Source: an uncultured Pseudomonadota bacterium (GTDB taxonomy: Bacteria; Pseudomonadota; Gammaproteobacteria; Burkholderiales; SG8-39). From it: a DNA stretch of 64,000 bases. A program made the position numbers and the translations under genes. Shown here in pieces: positions 19,364 to 32,320 of this stretch. The DNA lies in assembly GCA_963834845.1 (NCBI GenBank), contig CAWICY010000003.1, forward strand, positions 61,114-125,113, written 5' to 3'. Each line of letters opens with the position of its first letter. Position 1 is the stretch's first letter. Under the pieces are notes generated by a model. That model was not told the DNA's origin. It worked only from the letters and a program-made list of their open reading frames with translations, and searched no databases.

Positions 19364-20568
19364 ACGGCAAGGGACTACTTTCGGTCGACGAGGCGCTCGA
19401 CGTGCTGCTCGCGGGTGCGAAGCCCGTGGCGGAAATCGAGGAAGTGCCGACCCTCGAGGCGACCGGTCGCGTGCTGGCGCGCGCGCAGGCCTCGGCGATG
19501 GATGTGCCGCCACTGGACAACAGCGCCATGGACGGCTATGCGCTGCGCATCGCCGACGTCGTCGCGCCCGAGGCGCGGCTGCGCGTGGCGCAGCGCATCG
19601 CCGCCGGCGCGGTGGGCCAGCCGCTCGAGCCGGGCACTGCGGCGCGCATCTTCACCGGCGCGCCCATCCCGCCGGGCGCAGACGCGATCGTGATGCAGGA
19701 GTTCTGCGCGGCGGACGGCGATCACGTGGTCGTGAAGAAAGTACCGCAGCCGGAGGAGTGGATCAGGCGCCGCGGCAGCGACATCCGCGAAGGGGCTACG
19801 ATCCTCGAGGCGGGCATCAGGCTGCGGCCCCAGGACACCGGGCTCGCGGCCTCGGTCGGCATCAAGTCCCTGCCGGTGTACCGGCGCGTGCGGCTGGCGC
19901 TGTTCTTCACCGGCGACGAGCTGGTGATGCCCGGCGACCCGCTGCTTCCGGGGCGCATCTACAACTCCAACCGCTTTACGCTGAACGGGCTGGCGCAGAT
20001 CTTCGACTGCGAGGTAAGCGACTACGGCATCGTGCCCGACAGCCTGTCCGCGACGCGCGAAGTGCTGCGCCGCGCGGCCGCGCAAAGCGATGTCATCGTC
20101 ACCTCGGGCGGCGTGTCGGTGGGCGAAGAAGACCACGTCAGGCCCGCGGTCGAGGCCGAGGGGTCGCTGCTGATGTGGCGCATCGCGATGAAGCCGGGCA
20201 GGCCCCTCGCGTTCGGCAAGGTGGGCGGGGCGTCGTTCATCGGCCTTCCCGGCAACCCGGTTTCCAGTTTCGTGACGTTTCTGGTCTTCGTGCGGCCGTT
20301 CCTCCTCAAGACGCAGGGCGTCGCGCACGTCGCGCCGCGCGCCATCGAGGCGCGCGCCGATTTCGACTGGCCGAAGCCGGACTCGAGGCGCGAGTTCCTG
20401 CGCGTAAAATGGAATACGCAGGGCGGTCTCGACCTCTACCCGACGCAGGACTCGGCGGTGATGACCTCGACCGCATGGGCCGACGGCCTGGTGGACAATC
20501 CGCCGAACCATCCGATCGCGAAAGGTGACCGCGTCCGCTTCCTGCCGTTTTCGGAGCTCTACGGATGA
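19360..20568 (+). CDS. moeA: Molybdopterin molybdotransferase
   Basis: DNSAMDGYA, RIFTGAPIP, TGDEL, SGGVSVGEEDH, GLPGNPVS. Confidence 0.96.
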   Translation: MNGKGLLSVDEALDVLLAGAKPVAEIEEVPTLEATGRVLARAQASAMDVPPLDNSAMDGYALRIADVVAPEARLRVAQRIAAGAVGQPLEPGTAARIFTGAPIPPGADAIVMQEFCAADGDHVVVKKVPQPEEWIRRRGSDIREGATILEAGIRLRPQDTGLAASVGIKSLPVYRRVRLALFFTGDELVMPGDPLLPGRIYNSNRFTLNGLAQIFDCEVSDYGIVPDSLSATREVLRRAAAQSDVIVTSGGVSVGEEDHVRPAVEAEGSLLMWRIAMKPGRPLAFGKVGGASFIGLPGNPVSSFVTFLVFVRPFLLKTQGVAHVAPRAIEARADFDWPKPDSRREFLRVKWNTQGGLDLYPTQDSAVMTSTAWADGLVDNPPNHPIAKGDRVRFLPFSELYG

Positions 20569-20822
20569 AGGTCAAGCTACTGTTCTTCGCCGGGCTGCGC
20601 GAGCAACTCGGCACTGCCGGGGAGGAGATCGAGCTGCCCGCCGGCGTCACCACGCTCGCCGGATTGCGCGACCATCTCAGGGCGCGCGGTGGAAACTACG
20701 AGAAGGCTTTTTCCGAGAAAGCGCTCGTCCGCATGGCAGTCAACCAGGAGATGGCGAAGCCCGGCGCGACGCTCGGGCAGGGCGACGAGATAGCGTTCTT
20801 TCCGCCGGTCACGGGAGGCTGA
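20565..20822 (+). CDS. moaD: Molybdopterin synthase sulfur carrier
   Basis: LFFAGLRE...AVNQE...GDEIAFFPPVTGG. Confidence 0.96.
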   Translation: MKVKLLFFAGLREQLGTAGEEIELPAGVTTLAGLRDHLRARGGNYEKAFSEKALVRMAVNQEMAKPGATLGQGDEIAFFPPVTGG

Positions 20823-20823
20823 C

Positions 20824-21276
20824 ATGAAAATTGCCGTGCAGCGCGAGGACTTCGATGCGGGCGCGGAAATGCGTGCGCTGTCGCGCGACCCCAGGGTGGG
20901 CGCGGTGGCGAGCTTCGTCGGCGTGGTGCGCGAGGTGCCGATGACGCTCGAACATTACGCGGGCATGACCGAGCGCGAGATCGCGAAAATCGTCGAGGAG
21001 GCGAAATCACGCTGGCGGGTGATGGACTGCACCGTCATCCACCGCTACGGCGAGCTGAAGCCCACCGACCAGATCGTCCTGGTGGTGGTGGCGAGCGCGC
21101 ATCGCGGCGACGCGTTCGCCGCCTGCGAATTCATCATGGACTACCTCAAGACGCGCGCGCCGTTCTGGAAGAAGGAGCAGACGCCCGAGGGCGCGCGCTG
21201 GGTCGAGGCGCGCGCGAGCGACGACGCAGCAGCGGGGCGCTGGGACGGGTTGGCAGAACCAAAGCGTTTCGGCTAG
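20824..21276 (+). CDS. moaE: Molybdopterin synthase catalytic subunit
   Basis: GAVASFVGVVR, LEHYAGMT, HRYGEL, SAHRGDAF, DYLKTRAPFWKKE. Confidence 0.96.
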   Translation: MKIAVQREDFDAGAEMRALSRDPRVGAVASFVGVVREVPMTLEHYAGMTEREIAKIVEEAKSRWRVMDCTVIHRYGELKPTDQIVLVVVASAHRGDAFAACEFIMDYLKTRAPFWKKEQTPEGARWVEARASDDAAAGRWDGLAEPKRFG

Positions 21277-21289
21277 ACTTCCCATGCAC

Positions 21290-21342
21290 GGGAGATGGCA
21301 TTCCTCCCTCGAGAAACCGCCGCAAGGCTGATGATGCCTACG
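21290..21342 (+). ncRNA. Fluoride riboswitch (crcB motif) aptamer
   Basis: GGAGAUGGCAUUCCUCC...AAACCGCC-GCAA-GGCUGAUGAUGCCUAC matches the consensus; directly upstream of crcB. Confidence 0.93.
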
Positions 21343-21380
21343 TGAGTCGCCGGAGTGGGGCGGAAGCGTAGGCATTTTTT
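21334..21380 (+). terminator. Riboswitch expression-platform terminator
   Basis: ATGCCTACG (21334-21342, aptamer 3' strand) pairs with CGTAGGCAT (21367-21375), followed by a T-run. Confidence 0.75.
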
Positions 21381-21428
21381 CTTCCCCTCTCCGACGCAGG
21401 CGGAACCACAACTGTCGGAGGTGTGCGC

Positions 21429-21815
21429 GTGAGTCTCTTCGGTTTCCTGGTGGTCGGTTGCGGCGCTGCCGCGGGCGCCTGGCTGCGCTGGTGGCTGGGC
21501 CTCGTTCTGAACCCGATGTTTCCTACGGTGCCGCTGGGTACTTTCGCGGCCAACATGGTCGGCGGCTACCTGATGGGCATTTCGCTCGGCGCATTCACCA
21601 GCTTCCAGGCTCTATCGCCCGAGGCGCGGCTGTTTATCACCACCGGATTCCTGGGCGGGCTGACGACCTTCTCGACGTTCTCGGCCGAAGCCACCACGCT
21701 GCTCGCGCGGCAGCAGCTCGGCTGGGGCGCGCTGCTGATCGGCGGCCACGTGGCGGGCTCGATCCTCATGACCTTTGCGGGCATCGCCACGGCGCGCCTG
21801 CTGCTTCGCTTTTAG
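21429..21815 (+). CDS. crcB: Fluoride efflux channel Fluc
   Basis: GAWLRW, PLGTFAANMVGG, TGFLGGLTTFSTFSAE; SD GGAGG 7 nt before GTG. Confidence 0.95.
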   Translation: MSLFGFLVVGCGAAAGAWLRWWLGLVLNPMFPTVPLGTFAANMVGGYLMGISLGAFTSFQALSPEARLFITTGFLGGLTTFSTFSAEATTLLARQQLGWGALLIGGHVAGSILMTFAGIATARLLLRF

Positions 21816-21833
21816 CCGCCCGCGGAGGACGCC

Positions 21834-22157
21834 ATGCAGGGCATATCGCTGCGCATCTACATGCACGAGAACCATCGCCATCACGGCGTGCTCCTGTACG
21901 AGTGGCTGCTCGAGCAGGCCAAGGAGATGGGAATCCACGGCGGGTCGGCGTTTCGCGCCATCGCCGGCTACGGCCGCCACGGCGTGCTGCACGAGCAGCA
22001 CTTCTTCGAGCTGGCGGGCGATGTGCCGGTGGTGGTCGAGTTCATCGTCGGCGACGAGGAGGCGCAGCGCCTGCTGGACCTGGCGCGGCGCGAGAAGGTG
22101 CGCGCGTTCTTCACCAGGACGGTGATCGAATTCGGCACGCTCAACGGCGGCGCGTGA
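21834..22157 (+). CDS. DUF190-family (PII-like) protein
   Basis: LRIYMHE..LYEWLL..GGSAFRAIAGYGRHG..LAGDVPVVVEF; commonly follows crcB. Confidence 0.88.
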   Translation: MQGISLRIYMHENHRHHGVLLYEWLLEQAKEMGIHGGSAFRAIAGYGRHGVLHEQHFFELAGDVPVVVEFIVGDEEAQRLLDLARREKVRAFFTRTVIEFGTLNGGA

Positions 22158-22175
22158 GAGGCGCGAGTGCGCCCG

Positions 22176-23981
22176 TCAAGCCTGTTGCAGGGCCGACTTC
22201 AGTTCGGCGAGCTCGGGTTCGGCGAGCGTTTCCTTCGCCAGCAGCATTTGCGCGCCGCGCTCGAGAATGTCGCGCTGGCGCTGGATGATGACGACCGCGC
22301 GGTCGAAGGCGTTCTTGACGATGTCGCGCACCGCGATGTCGATCTCGCGCGCCGTTTCCTCGCTGTACTCGCGCTGCTGCGCCACCGGAACGCCGAGGAA
22401 GTTCGGGCGCTCCTCGTCGAAGGACACGTAGCCCAGCTTCTCGACCATGCCGTAGCGCAGCGCCATGCTGCGCGCGATGCCGGTCACCTTGGCGAGGTCG
22501 TCGGCCGCGCCGGTGGACAGGTGGCCGAACACGACGTGCTCGGCGGCGCGCCCGCCGAGCAGCACCGTCATCTTGTTCTCCAGCTCCTCGCGCGTCATGA
22601 GGAAGCGATCCTCGGTGGGGCGCTGGATGGTGTAGCCGAGCGCGCCGATGCCGCGCGGGATGATGGAGATCTTGTGCACGGGGTCGGAGCCCGGCACCGA
22701 CATCGCGACCAGCGCGTGCCCCATCTCGTGGTAGGCGACCGTGCGCCGCTCCTTCTCGTTGAGCACCCGGCTCCGCTTCTCCAGGCCGGCGACGATGCGC
22801 TCGACCGCCTGGGTGAAGTCCTCCAGCGTCACCGAGTCCGCGCTGCGCCGCGTCGCGAGCAGCGCCGCCTCGTTCACCAGGTTGGCGAGGTCCGCGCCGG
22901 AGAATCCGGGCGTGAGCGCTGCAATCTGCTCGAGCTCCACCCCGGGCGCGAGGCGGATCTTCTTCACGTGCACGGCGAGGATCTGGAGGCGCCCCTTCTT
23001 GTCGGGCCGGTCGACCAGCACCTGCCGGTCGAAGCGACCCGCGCGCAGCAGCGCCGGATCGAGGATCTCCGGGCGGTTGGTGGCCGCGAGCAGCACCAGC
23101 CCCGTGCTCGGGTCGAAGCCGTCCAGCTCCGAGAGCAGCTGGTTGAGCGTCTGCTCCTTCTCGTCGTGCCCGCCCATCAGGCCGGTGCCGCGTGCGCGGC
23201 CCAGAGCGTCGAGCTCGTCAATGAAGATGATCGCAGGGGCCTTCAGCCGCGCCTGCTCAAACAGGTCGCGCACGCGCGCGGCGCCCACGCCGACGAACAT
23301 CTCGACGAACTCGGAGCCCGATATGGAAAAGAACGGCACGCCGGCCTCGCCGGCGACCGCGCGCGCGAGCAACGTCTTGCCGGTGCCCGGCGGGCCGACC
23401 AGCAGCACGCCCTTGGGCACGTGCGCTCCGAGGCGGCCGTAACGGGCGGGGTCTTTGAGGAATTCGACCACTTCCTGCAGCTCGGCTTTGGCCTCATCCA
23501 CGCCGGCCACGTCCGCGAAGGTGACGCCGGTCTGCTTCTCGACGTAGACCTTGGCGCGGCTCTTGCCGATACTCATGAAGCCGCCCATGCCCTGCTGGCT
23601 GGCGAAGCGCCGAACCAGGAAGAACCACACGCCGAAGAACACCAGCGCCGGCACTACCCAGGAGAGCAGGTCGCGCAGGAAGGTGCTCTCGTAGACGCGC
23701 GTGAACTTGACGTTGTATTTCGACAGCCGATCGGCGATGTCGGGCTGGACGATGTTCGCGACCACGGTGCTCTTGCCGGCCTGTGGGGACTTCAGCTTGC
23801 CGGTGATGGTCTGATCCGAGACCACCACCTCCGAGATCTGGTTGTCGGCGAGCAGCTTCTCGAACTGGCTGTAGGGCACCACCTCGACGGTTTGCACCTG
23901 GTGCCACCACTGCTGCACCAGGGTGATGGCGAAAAAGGCGAAGATCAGGTAGGCAATGTTGACTAAGGTTCGTTTTTCCAT
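22176..23981 (-). CDS. ftsH: ATP-dependent zinc metalloprotease FtsH (paralog)
   Basis: Two TM helices, [36 protein letters not shown] zinc motif. Confidence 0.95.
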   Translation of the reverse strand: MEKRTLVNIAYLIFAFFAITLVQQWWHQVQTVEVVPYSQFEKLLADNQISEVVVSDQTITGKLKSPQAGKSTVVANIVQPDIADRLSKYNVKFTRVYESTFLRDLLSWVVPALVFFGVWFFLVRRFASQQGMGGFMSIGKSRAKVYVEKQTGVTFADVAGVDEAKAELQEVVEFLKDPARYGRLGAHVPKGVLLVGPPGTGKTLLARAVAGEAGVPFFSISGSEFVEMFVGVGAARVRDLFEQARLKAPAIIFIDELDALGRARGTGLMGGHDEKEQTLNQLLSELDGFDPSTGLVLLAATNRPEILDPALLRAGRFDRQVLVDRPDKKGRLQILAVHVKKIRLAPGVELEQIAALTPGFSGADLANLVNEAALLATRRSADSVTLEDFTQAVERIVAGLEKRSRVLNEKERRTVAYHEMGHALVAMSVPGSDPVHKISIIPRGIGALGYTIQRPTEDRFLMTREELENKMTVLLGGRAAEHVVFGHLSTGAADDLAKVTGIARSMALRYGMVEKLGYVSFDEERPNFLGVPVAQQREYSEETAREIDIAVRDIVKNAFDRAVVIIQRQRDILERGAQMLLAKETLAEPELAELKSALQQA

Positions 23982-24005
23982 CGTCTTGGCCGGGGCTTTT
24001 TGGCA

Positions 24006-24034
24006 ATGTGGGGGCTGGTCCCCGGCTTGGCAAG
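24006..24034 (-). promoter_or_regulatory. sigma32-like promoter for ftsH
   Basis: CTTGCCA-13 nt-CCCCCACAT on minus strand. Confidence 0.55.
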
Positions 24035-24056
24035 CCCCGAAGGCGGCGTCTAGGCG

Positions 24057-24084
24057 CTTGAAACCGCGCCCAAAGGCCCCATTT
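24057..24084 (+). promoter_or_regulatory. sigma32 promoter for clpB
   Basis: CTTGAAA-13 nt-CCCCATTT, near-consensus RpoH promoter. Confidence 0.85.
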
Positions 24085-24115
24085 GCCTTCCAGGAATTCG
24101 ATTAGGATCAGGGCG

Positions 24116-26707
24116 ATGCGCTTCGACAAATTCACCACCAAGCTGCAGGAGGCTCTGGCGGAAGCCCAGAGCATGGCCGTCGGGCAGGATCACCAGTACA
24201 TCGAGCCACAGCACCTGCTGCTCGCGCTGCTCGAGCAGGAGGAGGGTGGCGCCGCGGCGCTGGTCGCCAAGGCAGGGGGCAATGCAGGCACCCTAAAGCA
24301 GGCGCTGCGCCAGGCGGTTGCCAGGCTGCCCAAGGTCGAAGGTGCCGGAGGCGAGGTACACGTTTCGCGCGACCTCACGGCGCTGCTCAACGTCACCGAC
24401 AAGGAGGCGCAGAAACGCGGTGACCAGTACATCGCCTCCGAGATGTTTCTGCTGGCCGCGGTTGCGGACAAGGGCGAGACCGGCAAGCTGCTCAAGCAGG
24501 CGGGCGTCGCCAAGGGCGCGCTCGAGAAGGCGATCGAGCAGGTGCGCGGCGGTGCCAGCGTGACCGGACAGGCCGACGAGTCGCAGCGCCAGGCGCTCGC
24601 CAAGTACACGCTCGACCTCACCGAGCGCGCACGGCAGGGCAAGCTCGATCCGGTGATCGGGCGCGACGACGAGATCCGACGCGCGATCCAGATCCTGCAG
24701 CGGCGCACCAAGAACAACCCCGTGCTGATCGGCGAGCCCGGAGTGGGCAAGACCGCGATCGTCGAAGGCCTCGCGCAGCGCATCGTCAACGGCGAGGTGC
24801 CCGAAACACTGAAGAACAAGCGCGTGCTGGTGCTCGACATGGCTTCGCTGCTGGCGGGCGCGAAGTATCGCGGCGAGTTCGAGGAGCGCCTCAAATCGGT
24901 GCTCAAGGAGCTGGCGCAGGATGAGGGCAACACCATCGTCTTCATCGACGAGCTGCACACCATGGTGGGCGCGGGCAAGGCCGAGGGTGCGATCGACGCC
25001 GGCAACATGCTGAAACCCGCTCTCGCGCGCGGCGAGCTGCATTGCATCGGCGCCACCACGCTGGATGAATACCGCAAGTACGTCGAAAAGGACGCGGCGC
25101 TCGAGCGCCGCTTCCAGAAGGTGCTGATCGGCGAGCCCAGCGTGGAGGCGACCATCGCCATACTGCGCGGCCTGCAGGAAAAGTACGAGGTGCACCACGG
25201 CGTCGAGATCACCGACCCGGCGATCGTCGCCGCGGCGGAGCTGTCGCACCGCTACATCACCGACCGTTTCCTGCCCGACAAGGCGATCGATCTGATCGAC
25301 GAGGCGGCGGCGCGCATCAAGATGGAGATCGATTCGAAGCCCGAGTCGATGGACCGTCTCGACCGGCGCCTGATTCAGCTGCGCATCGAGCGCGAGGCGG
25401 TGAAGAAGGAGAAGGACGAGGCCTCGCAGAAGCGCCTCGGCCTCATCGAGGCGGAGATCGCCAAGCTGGAGAAGGAATACTCGGACCTGGAGGAAATCTG
25501 GAAGGCCGAGAAGGCGCAGGTGGCCGGCAGCCAGCACGTCAAGGAAGAGCTCGAGAAGCTCAAGCAGCAGATGGAAGACGCGCGCCGCAAGGGCGACTGG
25601 CAGAAGATGAGCGAGATCCAGTACGGCAGAATCCCGCAGCTCGAGGCGCAGCTCAAGCAGACCGAGAAGCCGGAGCCGAAGAAAGCCAGGCTGGTGCGCA
25701 CCCAGGTCGGCGCGGAGGAGATCGCCGAGGTGGTGTCGCGCGCCACCGGCATCCCGGTTTCGAAGATGATGCAGGGCGAGCGCGACAAGCTGCTCAAGAT
25801 GGAAGACAAGCTCCACGAGCGCGTCGTCGGCCAGGACGAGGCGGTGCGCCTCGTTTCGGACGCGATTCGGCGCTCGCGCTCGGGCCTTTCTGATCCCAAT
25901 CGGCCTTATGGAAGCTTTCTATTTTTGGGACCAACGGGAGTCGGCAAAACGGAACTCTGCAAGGCGCTCGCCGCGTTCCTGTTCGATTCGGAAGAGCACC
26001 TGATCCGCGTCGACATGTCCGAGTTCATGGAAAAGCACTCGGTCGCGCGCCTGATCGGCGCGCCCCCGGGATACGTCGGCTACGAGGAGGGCGGCCACCT
26101 CACCGAGCAGGTGCGCAGGAAGCCCTACTCGGTGATCCTGTTCGACGAGATCGAGAAGGCGCACCCGGACGTGTTCAACGTGCTCTTGCAGGTGCTCGAC
26201 GATGGGCGTCTGACCGACGGACAGGGGCGCACCGTGGACTTCAAGAACACGGTGATCGTGATGACCTCGAACCTCGGCTCGCACATGATCCAGCAGATGG
26301 CCGACAGCGACTATGGCGTGGTGAAGCTCGCGGTGATGGCCGAGGTGAAGACGCATTTCCGCCCCGAGTTCATCAACCGCATCGACGAGGTGGTCGTGTT
26401 CCACGGCCTGGGCGAAGCCCAGATCGCCGCCATCGCCAGGATCCAGCTCGCGGTCCTCAGGCAGCGGCTGGCGAAGATGGACTACGCGCTCGAAGTATCG
26501 GACGCGGCGATCGCGGAACTGGCGAAGGTCGGCTTCGACCCGGTGTACGGCGCGCGGCCTCTCAAGCGCGCGATCCAGTCCGAGATCGAGAATCCGCTGT
26601 CGAAGGCCATCCTCGAGGGGCGCTTCGCGCCGAAAGACACCGTCGTGGTCGACTTCCGCGGCGGCAAGATGATCTTCGACAAGGCGCCGTCACGCGCTGC
26701 CGCCTGA
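24116..26707 (+). CDS. clpB: ATP-dependent disaggregase ClpB
   Basis: MRFDKFTTK; GEPGVGKT and GPTGVGKTE Walker A motifs; coiled-coil M-domain; [10 protein letters not shown]. Confidence 0.98.
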   Translation: MRFDKFTTKLQEALAEAQSMAVGQDHQYIEPQHLLLALLEQEEGGAAALVAKAGGNAGTLKQALRQAVARLPKVEGAGGEVHVSRDLTALLNVTDKEAQKRGDQYIASEMFLLAAVADKGETGKLLKQAGVAKGALEKAIEQVRGGASVTGQADESQRQALAKYTLDLTERARQGKLDPVIGRDDEIRRAIQILQRRTKNNPVLIGEPGVGKTAIVEGLAQRIVNGEVPETLKNKRVLVLDMASLLAGAKYRGEFEERLKSVLKELAQDEGNTIVFIDELHTMVGAGKAEGAIDAGNMLKPALARGELHCIGATTLDEYRKYVEKDAALERRFQKVLIGEPSVEATIAILRGLQEKYEVHHGVEITDPAIVAAAELSHRYITDRFLPDKAIDLIDEAAARIKMEIDSKPESMDRLDRRLIQLRIEREAVKKEKDEASQKRLGLIEAEIAKLEKEYSDLEEIWKAEKAQVAGSQHVKEELEKLKQQMEDARRKGDWQKMSEIQYGRIPQLEAQLKQTEKPEPKKARLVRTQVGAEEIAEVVSRATGIPVSKMMQGERDKLLKMEDKLHERVVGQDEAVRLVSDAIRRSRSGLSDPNRPYGSFLFLGPTGVGKTELCKALAAFLFDSEEHLIRVDMSEFMEKHSVARLIGAPPGYVGYEEGGHLTEQVRRKPYSVILFDEIEKAHPDVFNVLLQVLDDGRLTDGQGRTVDFKNTVIVMTSNLGSHMIQQMADSDYGVVKLAVMAEVKTHFRPEFINRIDEVVVFHGLGEAQIAAIARIQLAVLRQRLAKMDYALEVSDAAIAELAKVGFDPVYGARPLKRAIQSEIENPLSKAILEGRFAPKDTVVVDFRGGKMIFDKAPSRAAA

Positions 26708-26761
26708 CGCGACTGCGGCCTCTGCCCGGGGCACCGACCCGCCAGGGTCGCAGCACACCGC

Positions 26762-27382
26762 CTAGCTAGCGCGCAGCCTTTTGGGGCGCGCAGCGTGCGC
26801 ACCGGTGGCGCGCTCCAGCAGCTCCTTCCACAAGCTGCTCGTGTCCTCGCGGAAAATGTCGTCCTCGTCGGCGGGCAGGACGTACCAGTCGTGGCGTAGC
26901 AGCTCGCCCTCCAGCTGGTGCGGCGCCCAACCCGCGAATCCGACGTACAGCCGATAGCGCCCGCCGCTTCGCTGCAGCAGCGCCTTGATGTTCTCGGGGT
27001 GCATGCTCAGGTACGTCGCCTCGAGCAGGTGGAAGGCCGGCGCCGCAGGCTTCCGTACGGAGCGAAACACCGCGACGACCGCCTGCCTGAGGATCGGGCC
27101 GCCGAAGAATACCGCGTCGGCATAGTTGGACGTCGGCAGGTCCGGCGGCAGGATATCGGCCGCCTTCAGCGGCGTCGGGCGATTGAGTATCACGCCGACG
27201 GTTTCGGCCTCGGGCGTCTGCGTGGCAAGTACCACGGTCTGGCTGAAATTCGGATCGAGCAGGGTCGGTTTGGCGACCAGCAGGACTGCATTCGGCGGCT
27301 CTTCAGCGGGATCGCGCGCCTGAGAGGGAAGCGCAAGGGCGAGCGAGATGGCGCACAGCACGAAGGCGCAGCGGCGCGGCAT
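26762..27382 (-). CDS. YqgE/AlgH (DUF179) family protein with N-terminal signal peptide
   Basis: LLVAKPTLLDPNFSQTVVL, GVILNRP, FFGGP, GFAGWAPHQLEGE..W; start MPRRCAFVLCAISLALALPSQA. Confidence 0.85.
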   Translation of the reverse strand: MPRRCAFVLCAISLALALPSQARDPAEEPPNAVLLVAKPTLLDPNFSQTVVLATQTPEAETVGVILNRPTPLKAADILPPDLPTSNYADAVFFGGPILRQAVVAVFRSVRKPAAPAFHLLEATYLSMHPENIKALLQRSGGRYRLYVGFAGWAPHQLEGELLRHDWYVLPADEDDIFREDTSSLWKELLERATGAHAARPKRLRAS

Positions 27383-27429
27383 GCGGCCATTATCCTGCCT
27401 GCCCGGTCGTGTCCTCAACCCAGGTCGGC

Positions 27430-27443
27430 TTGACCGGGATCAA
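27430..27443 (+). promoter_or_regulatory. FNR/Anr-type box (class II) upstream of USP
   Basis: TTGAC-CGGG-ATCAA (1 mismatch to TTGAT-N4-ATCAA); -10 TAGCCT at 27465-27470 fits -41.5 geometry. Confidence 0.75.
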
Positions 27444-27501
27444 TGGACCGCGCGGGTGGCAGGCTAGCCTGAACGTGCGGAACGCTGCATGGGAGACGGC
27501 G

Positions 27502-27924
27502 GTGAAACGCTTGCTGGTACCGGTGGATGGTTCGGAGGGCTCGTCGCACGCGCTGCGGCATGCGATCGAGCGCGCGCGCGAGGCGGGCGCCGAAGTGCAC
27601 GTGCTACACGTCGAGCCGCCGATGGCCTACGAGGAACTGCGCGTGTACGTGATGCGCGAGGAAATCAGGCAGCTGCGGCGCAAGGCTTGCGAGCGCGTGC
27701 TGGCGGCCGCTGCTACCGTGCTCGACGAAGCCAAGGTGTCGCATGTGTCGCACCTGCTCGAGGGCGAGGTCGGTCAGTCCATCGCGCGCTTCGCCGACGC
27801 GCACCATATCGATGAAGTGATCATGGGGACGCGCGGCATGGGGGCCACGGGCAACCTGTTGCTGGGTTCCGTCGCGACGCGCGTCGTTCATCTGGCGCCG
27901 GTGCCCGTAACCTTGGTCAAGTAA
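27502..27924 (+). CDS. Universal stress protein
   Basis: LLVPVDGSEGS, VIMGTRGMG...LLGSVATRVVH.APVPVTLVK; SD GGGAG. Confidence 0.92.
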   Translation: MKRLLVPVDGSEGSSHALRHAIERAREAGAEVHVLHVEPPMAYEELRVYVMREEIRQLRRKACERVLAAAATVLDEAKVSHVSHLLEGEVGQSIARFADAHHIDEVIMGTRGMGATGNLLLGSVATRVVHLAPVPVTLVK

Positions 27925-28036
27925 GCTCCTGCTGCAGCGCAGCAATGCCTTCTCACAACAGCTTACACATCGAAACGTGAGACTCCGCTAGAAATACGGC
28001 TTCTGGCGCAAGCGCCGGAATGGGGAAGGCAATACC

Positions 28037-29886
<1,850 letters not shown>

Positions 29887-29890
<4 letters not shown>

Positions 29891-31089
29891 TTGGCGAACG
29901 CTGCGATGCCGGTCTGCGCGCGCCCGAGGATCAGCGCGTGCACGTCGTGCGTGCCCTCGTAAGTGTTCACCACCTCGAGGTTGACCAAGTGGCGCGCCAC
30001 GCCGAACTCGTCCGAGATGCCGTTGCCGCCCATCATGTCGCGCGCCATGCGCGCGATGTCGAGCGCCTTGCCGCATGAGTTGCGCTTGAGGATCGAGGTG
30101 ATCTCGGGGGTCGCGCTGCCTTCGTCCTTCATGCGCCCCAGGCGCAGGCAGCCCTGGAGCCCGAGGGTGATCTCGGTTTGCATGTCGGCGAGCTTCTTCT
30201 GGATCAGCTGGTTGGCCGCCAGCGGCCGCCCGAACTGCTTTCGATCGAGCACGTACTGCCTGGCGCGATGCCAGCAGTCCTCCGCCGCGCCGAGCGCGCC
30301 CCAGGCGATGCCATAGCGCGCCGAGTTGAGGCAGGTGAAGGGGCCCTTCAGGCCGCGCACCTCGGGGAATGCGTTCTCCTCCGGACAGAATACTGCGTCC
30401 ATGACGATTTCGCCGGTGATCGAGGCGCGCAGCCCGACCTTGCCGTGGATGGCGGGCGCGCTCAACCCCTTGAACTGCTTTTCCAATACAAAGCCCCTGA
30501 TGACGCCTTCGTCGTCCTTCGCCCAAACCACGAACACGTCGGCGATGGGGGAGTTGGAGATCCACATTTTCGAGCCACTGAGGCTGTAGCCGCCCTGCAC
30601 TTTCTTGGCGCGCGTCTGCATCGATCCGGGATCCGAGCCGTGGTTCGGCTCGGTCAGGCCGAAGCAACCGATCCACTCGCCCTTGCCGAGCTTGGGCAGG
30701 AACTTCTGCTTTTGCGCCTCGGTGCCGAACTCGTTGATCGGCACCATGACGAGCGACGACTGCACGCTCATCATGGACCGGTAGCCCGAGTCGACGCGCT
30801 CGACTTCGCGCGCGATCACCCCGTAGCTGACGTAGTTGAGCTCGGGGCCGCCGTACTGCGCCGGGATCGTGGGTCCGAGCAGGCCCACTTCACCCATCTC
30901 GCGGAAGATAGAAGGATCGGTCTTCTCGTAGCGGAACGCCTCGAGCACCCGCGGCGCGAGCTTCTCCTGGCAGTAGGCGCTCGCCGCGTCGCGCACCATG
31001 CGCTCGTCCTCGGTGAGCTGGTCGTTGAGCAGCAGCGGGTCGTCCCAAACGAAGCGTGCCTTGGGCGTCGATTTGAGCGGGGCGTTCAT
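29887..31089 (-). CDS. gcdH: Glutaryl-CoA dehydrogenase
   Basis: [65 protein letters not shown]. Confidence 0.95.
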
Positions 31090-31106
31090 GGCGATCTCCT
31101 GTGAGG

Positions 31107-32315
31107 CTAGTTTACGCGCTCGAGGATCAAGGCGAGGCCCTGGCCGACGCCGATGCACAGCGACACCGCGGCGTAGCGGCCGCCGCTTTGCTGCAGCTCG
31201 CGCGCCACGGTGAGCGCGAGACGCGCGCCGGAGCAGCCGAGCGGGTGTCCGATGGCGATCGCGCCGCCGTTCGGATTGACGCGCGGGTCCTCGGTGTCGA
31301 CCCCCATGAGCTTGAGGCAGCCCAGCACCTGGCTCGCGAAAGCCTCGTTGATCTCAATGATGTCGAGGTCCTTGAGCGCGAGCCTAGCGCGCTGCAGAGC
31401 GAGCGGAATGGCATACGCCGGCCCCACGCCCATGATGCGCGGCTCGACTCCTGCCGAGGCTGCCGACAGGATCTTCGCGAACGGCTTCTTGCCGTGCTTC
31501 TCGCCCCAGGCGCGGCTCGCAACCAGCAGCGCCGCGGCGCCGTCGTTCACCCCGGACGCGTTTCCGGCGGTGACCACCCCGCCCTCGAACAGCGGCTTCA
31601 GCCGGGCGAGGGATTCCATGCTCGAGTCGCGCCGCGGGTGCTCGTCGACCTCCACCACGGCGGGTGGCGCGTCCTTCTTCCTGGCCGGCAGCGAAACCGG
31701 CATGATCTCGCCCTTGTAGAAGCCTTCCGCTTCCGCCTTGGCGTACTTTTGCTGCGATCCGAGCGCGAACTCGTCGGCCTGTTCGCGCGTGATGCCGAAT
31801 TCCTTGGCGACGTTGTCGCCCGTCTGTGGCATAGAGTGGTCGCCGAACTTCTTGGCGAAGCGCGGGTTGGGAAAGCGCGAGCCGATGGTGGTGTCGTACA
31901 TCTTGACGTCGCGGCTGTAGGGCGAGTCCGCCTTCGCCAGGACGTAGGGCGCGCGCGTCATGCTCTCGACGCCGCCCGCCACGTAGAGCTCCCCTTCGCC
32001 GCAGGTGATGGCGCGCGCGGCGTCGGTGACCGCCTGCAGGCCGCTGGCGCACAGCCGGTTGACGGTGACACCGGGCGTGGTGGCGGGCAGTCCGGCGAGC
32101 AGCGCCGCAAAGCGCGCGACGTTGCGGCAGTCCTCGCCCGACTGCGTGACGCAGCCGAGCACCACGTCGGAGATTTCGCCTGGATCGACCTTGTTGCGCG
32201 CGATTACCTCGCGAATCACTTCGCCGGCAAGGTCGTCGGGGCGCAGCGGGGCCAGCTTGCCTGCGTGGCGGCCGATCGGGGAGCGCAATCCGTCGTAGAT
32301 GTATGCGTCGAGCAT
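31107..32315 (-). CDS. 3-oxoadipyl-CoA/acetyl-CoA thiolase (PcaF/PaaJ-like)
   Basis: [39 protein letters not shown]. Confidence 0.93.
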   Translation of the reverse strand: MLDAYIYDGLRSPIGRHAGKLAPLRPDDLAGEVIREVIARNKVDPGEISDVVLGCVTQSGEDCRNVARFAALLAGLPATTPGVTVNRLCASGLQAVTDAARAITCGEGELYVAGGVESMTRAPYVLAKADSPYSRDVKMYDTTIGSRFPNPRFAKKFGDHSMPQTGDNVAKEFGITREQADEFALGSQQKYAKAEAEGFYKGEIMPVSLPARKKDAPPAVVEVDEHPRRDSSMESLARLKPLFEGGVVTAGNASGVNDGAAALLVASRAWGEKHGKKPFAKILSAASAGVEPRIMGVGPAYAIPLALQRARLALKDLDIIEINEAFASQVLGCLKLMGVDTEDPRVNPNGGAIAIGHPLGCSGARLALTVARELQQSGGRYAAVSLCIGVGQGLALILERVN

Positions 32316-32320
32316 GTCGG

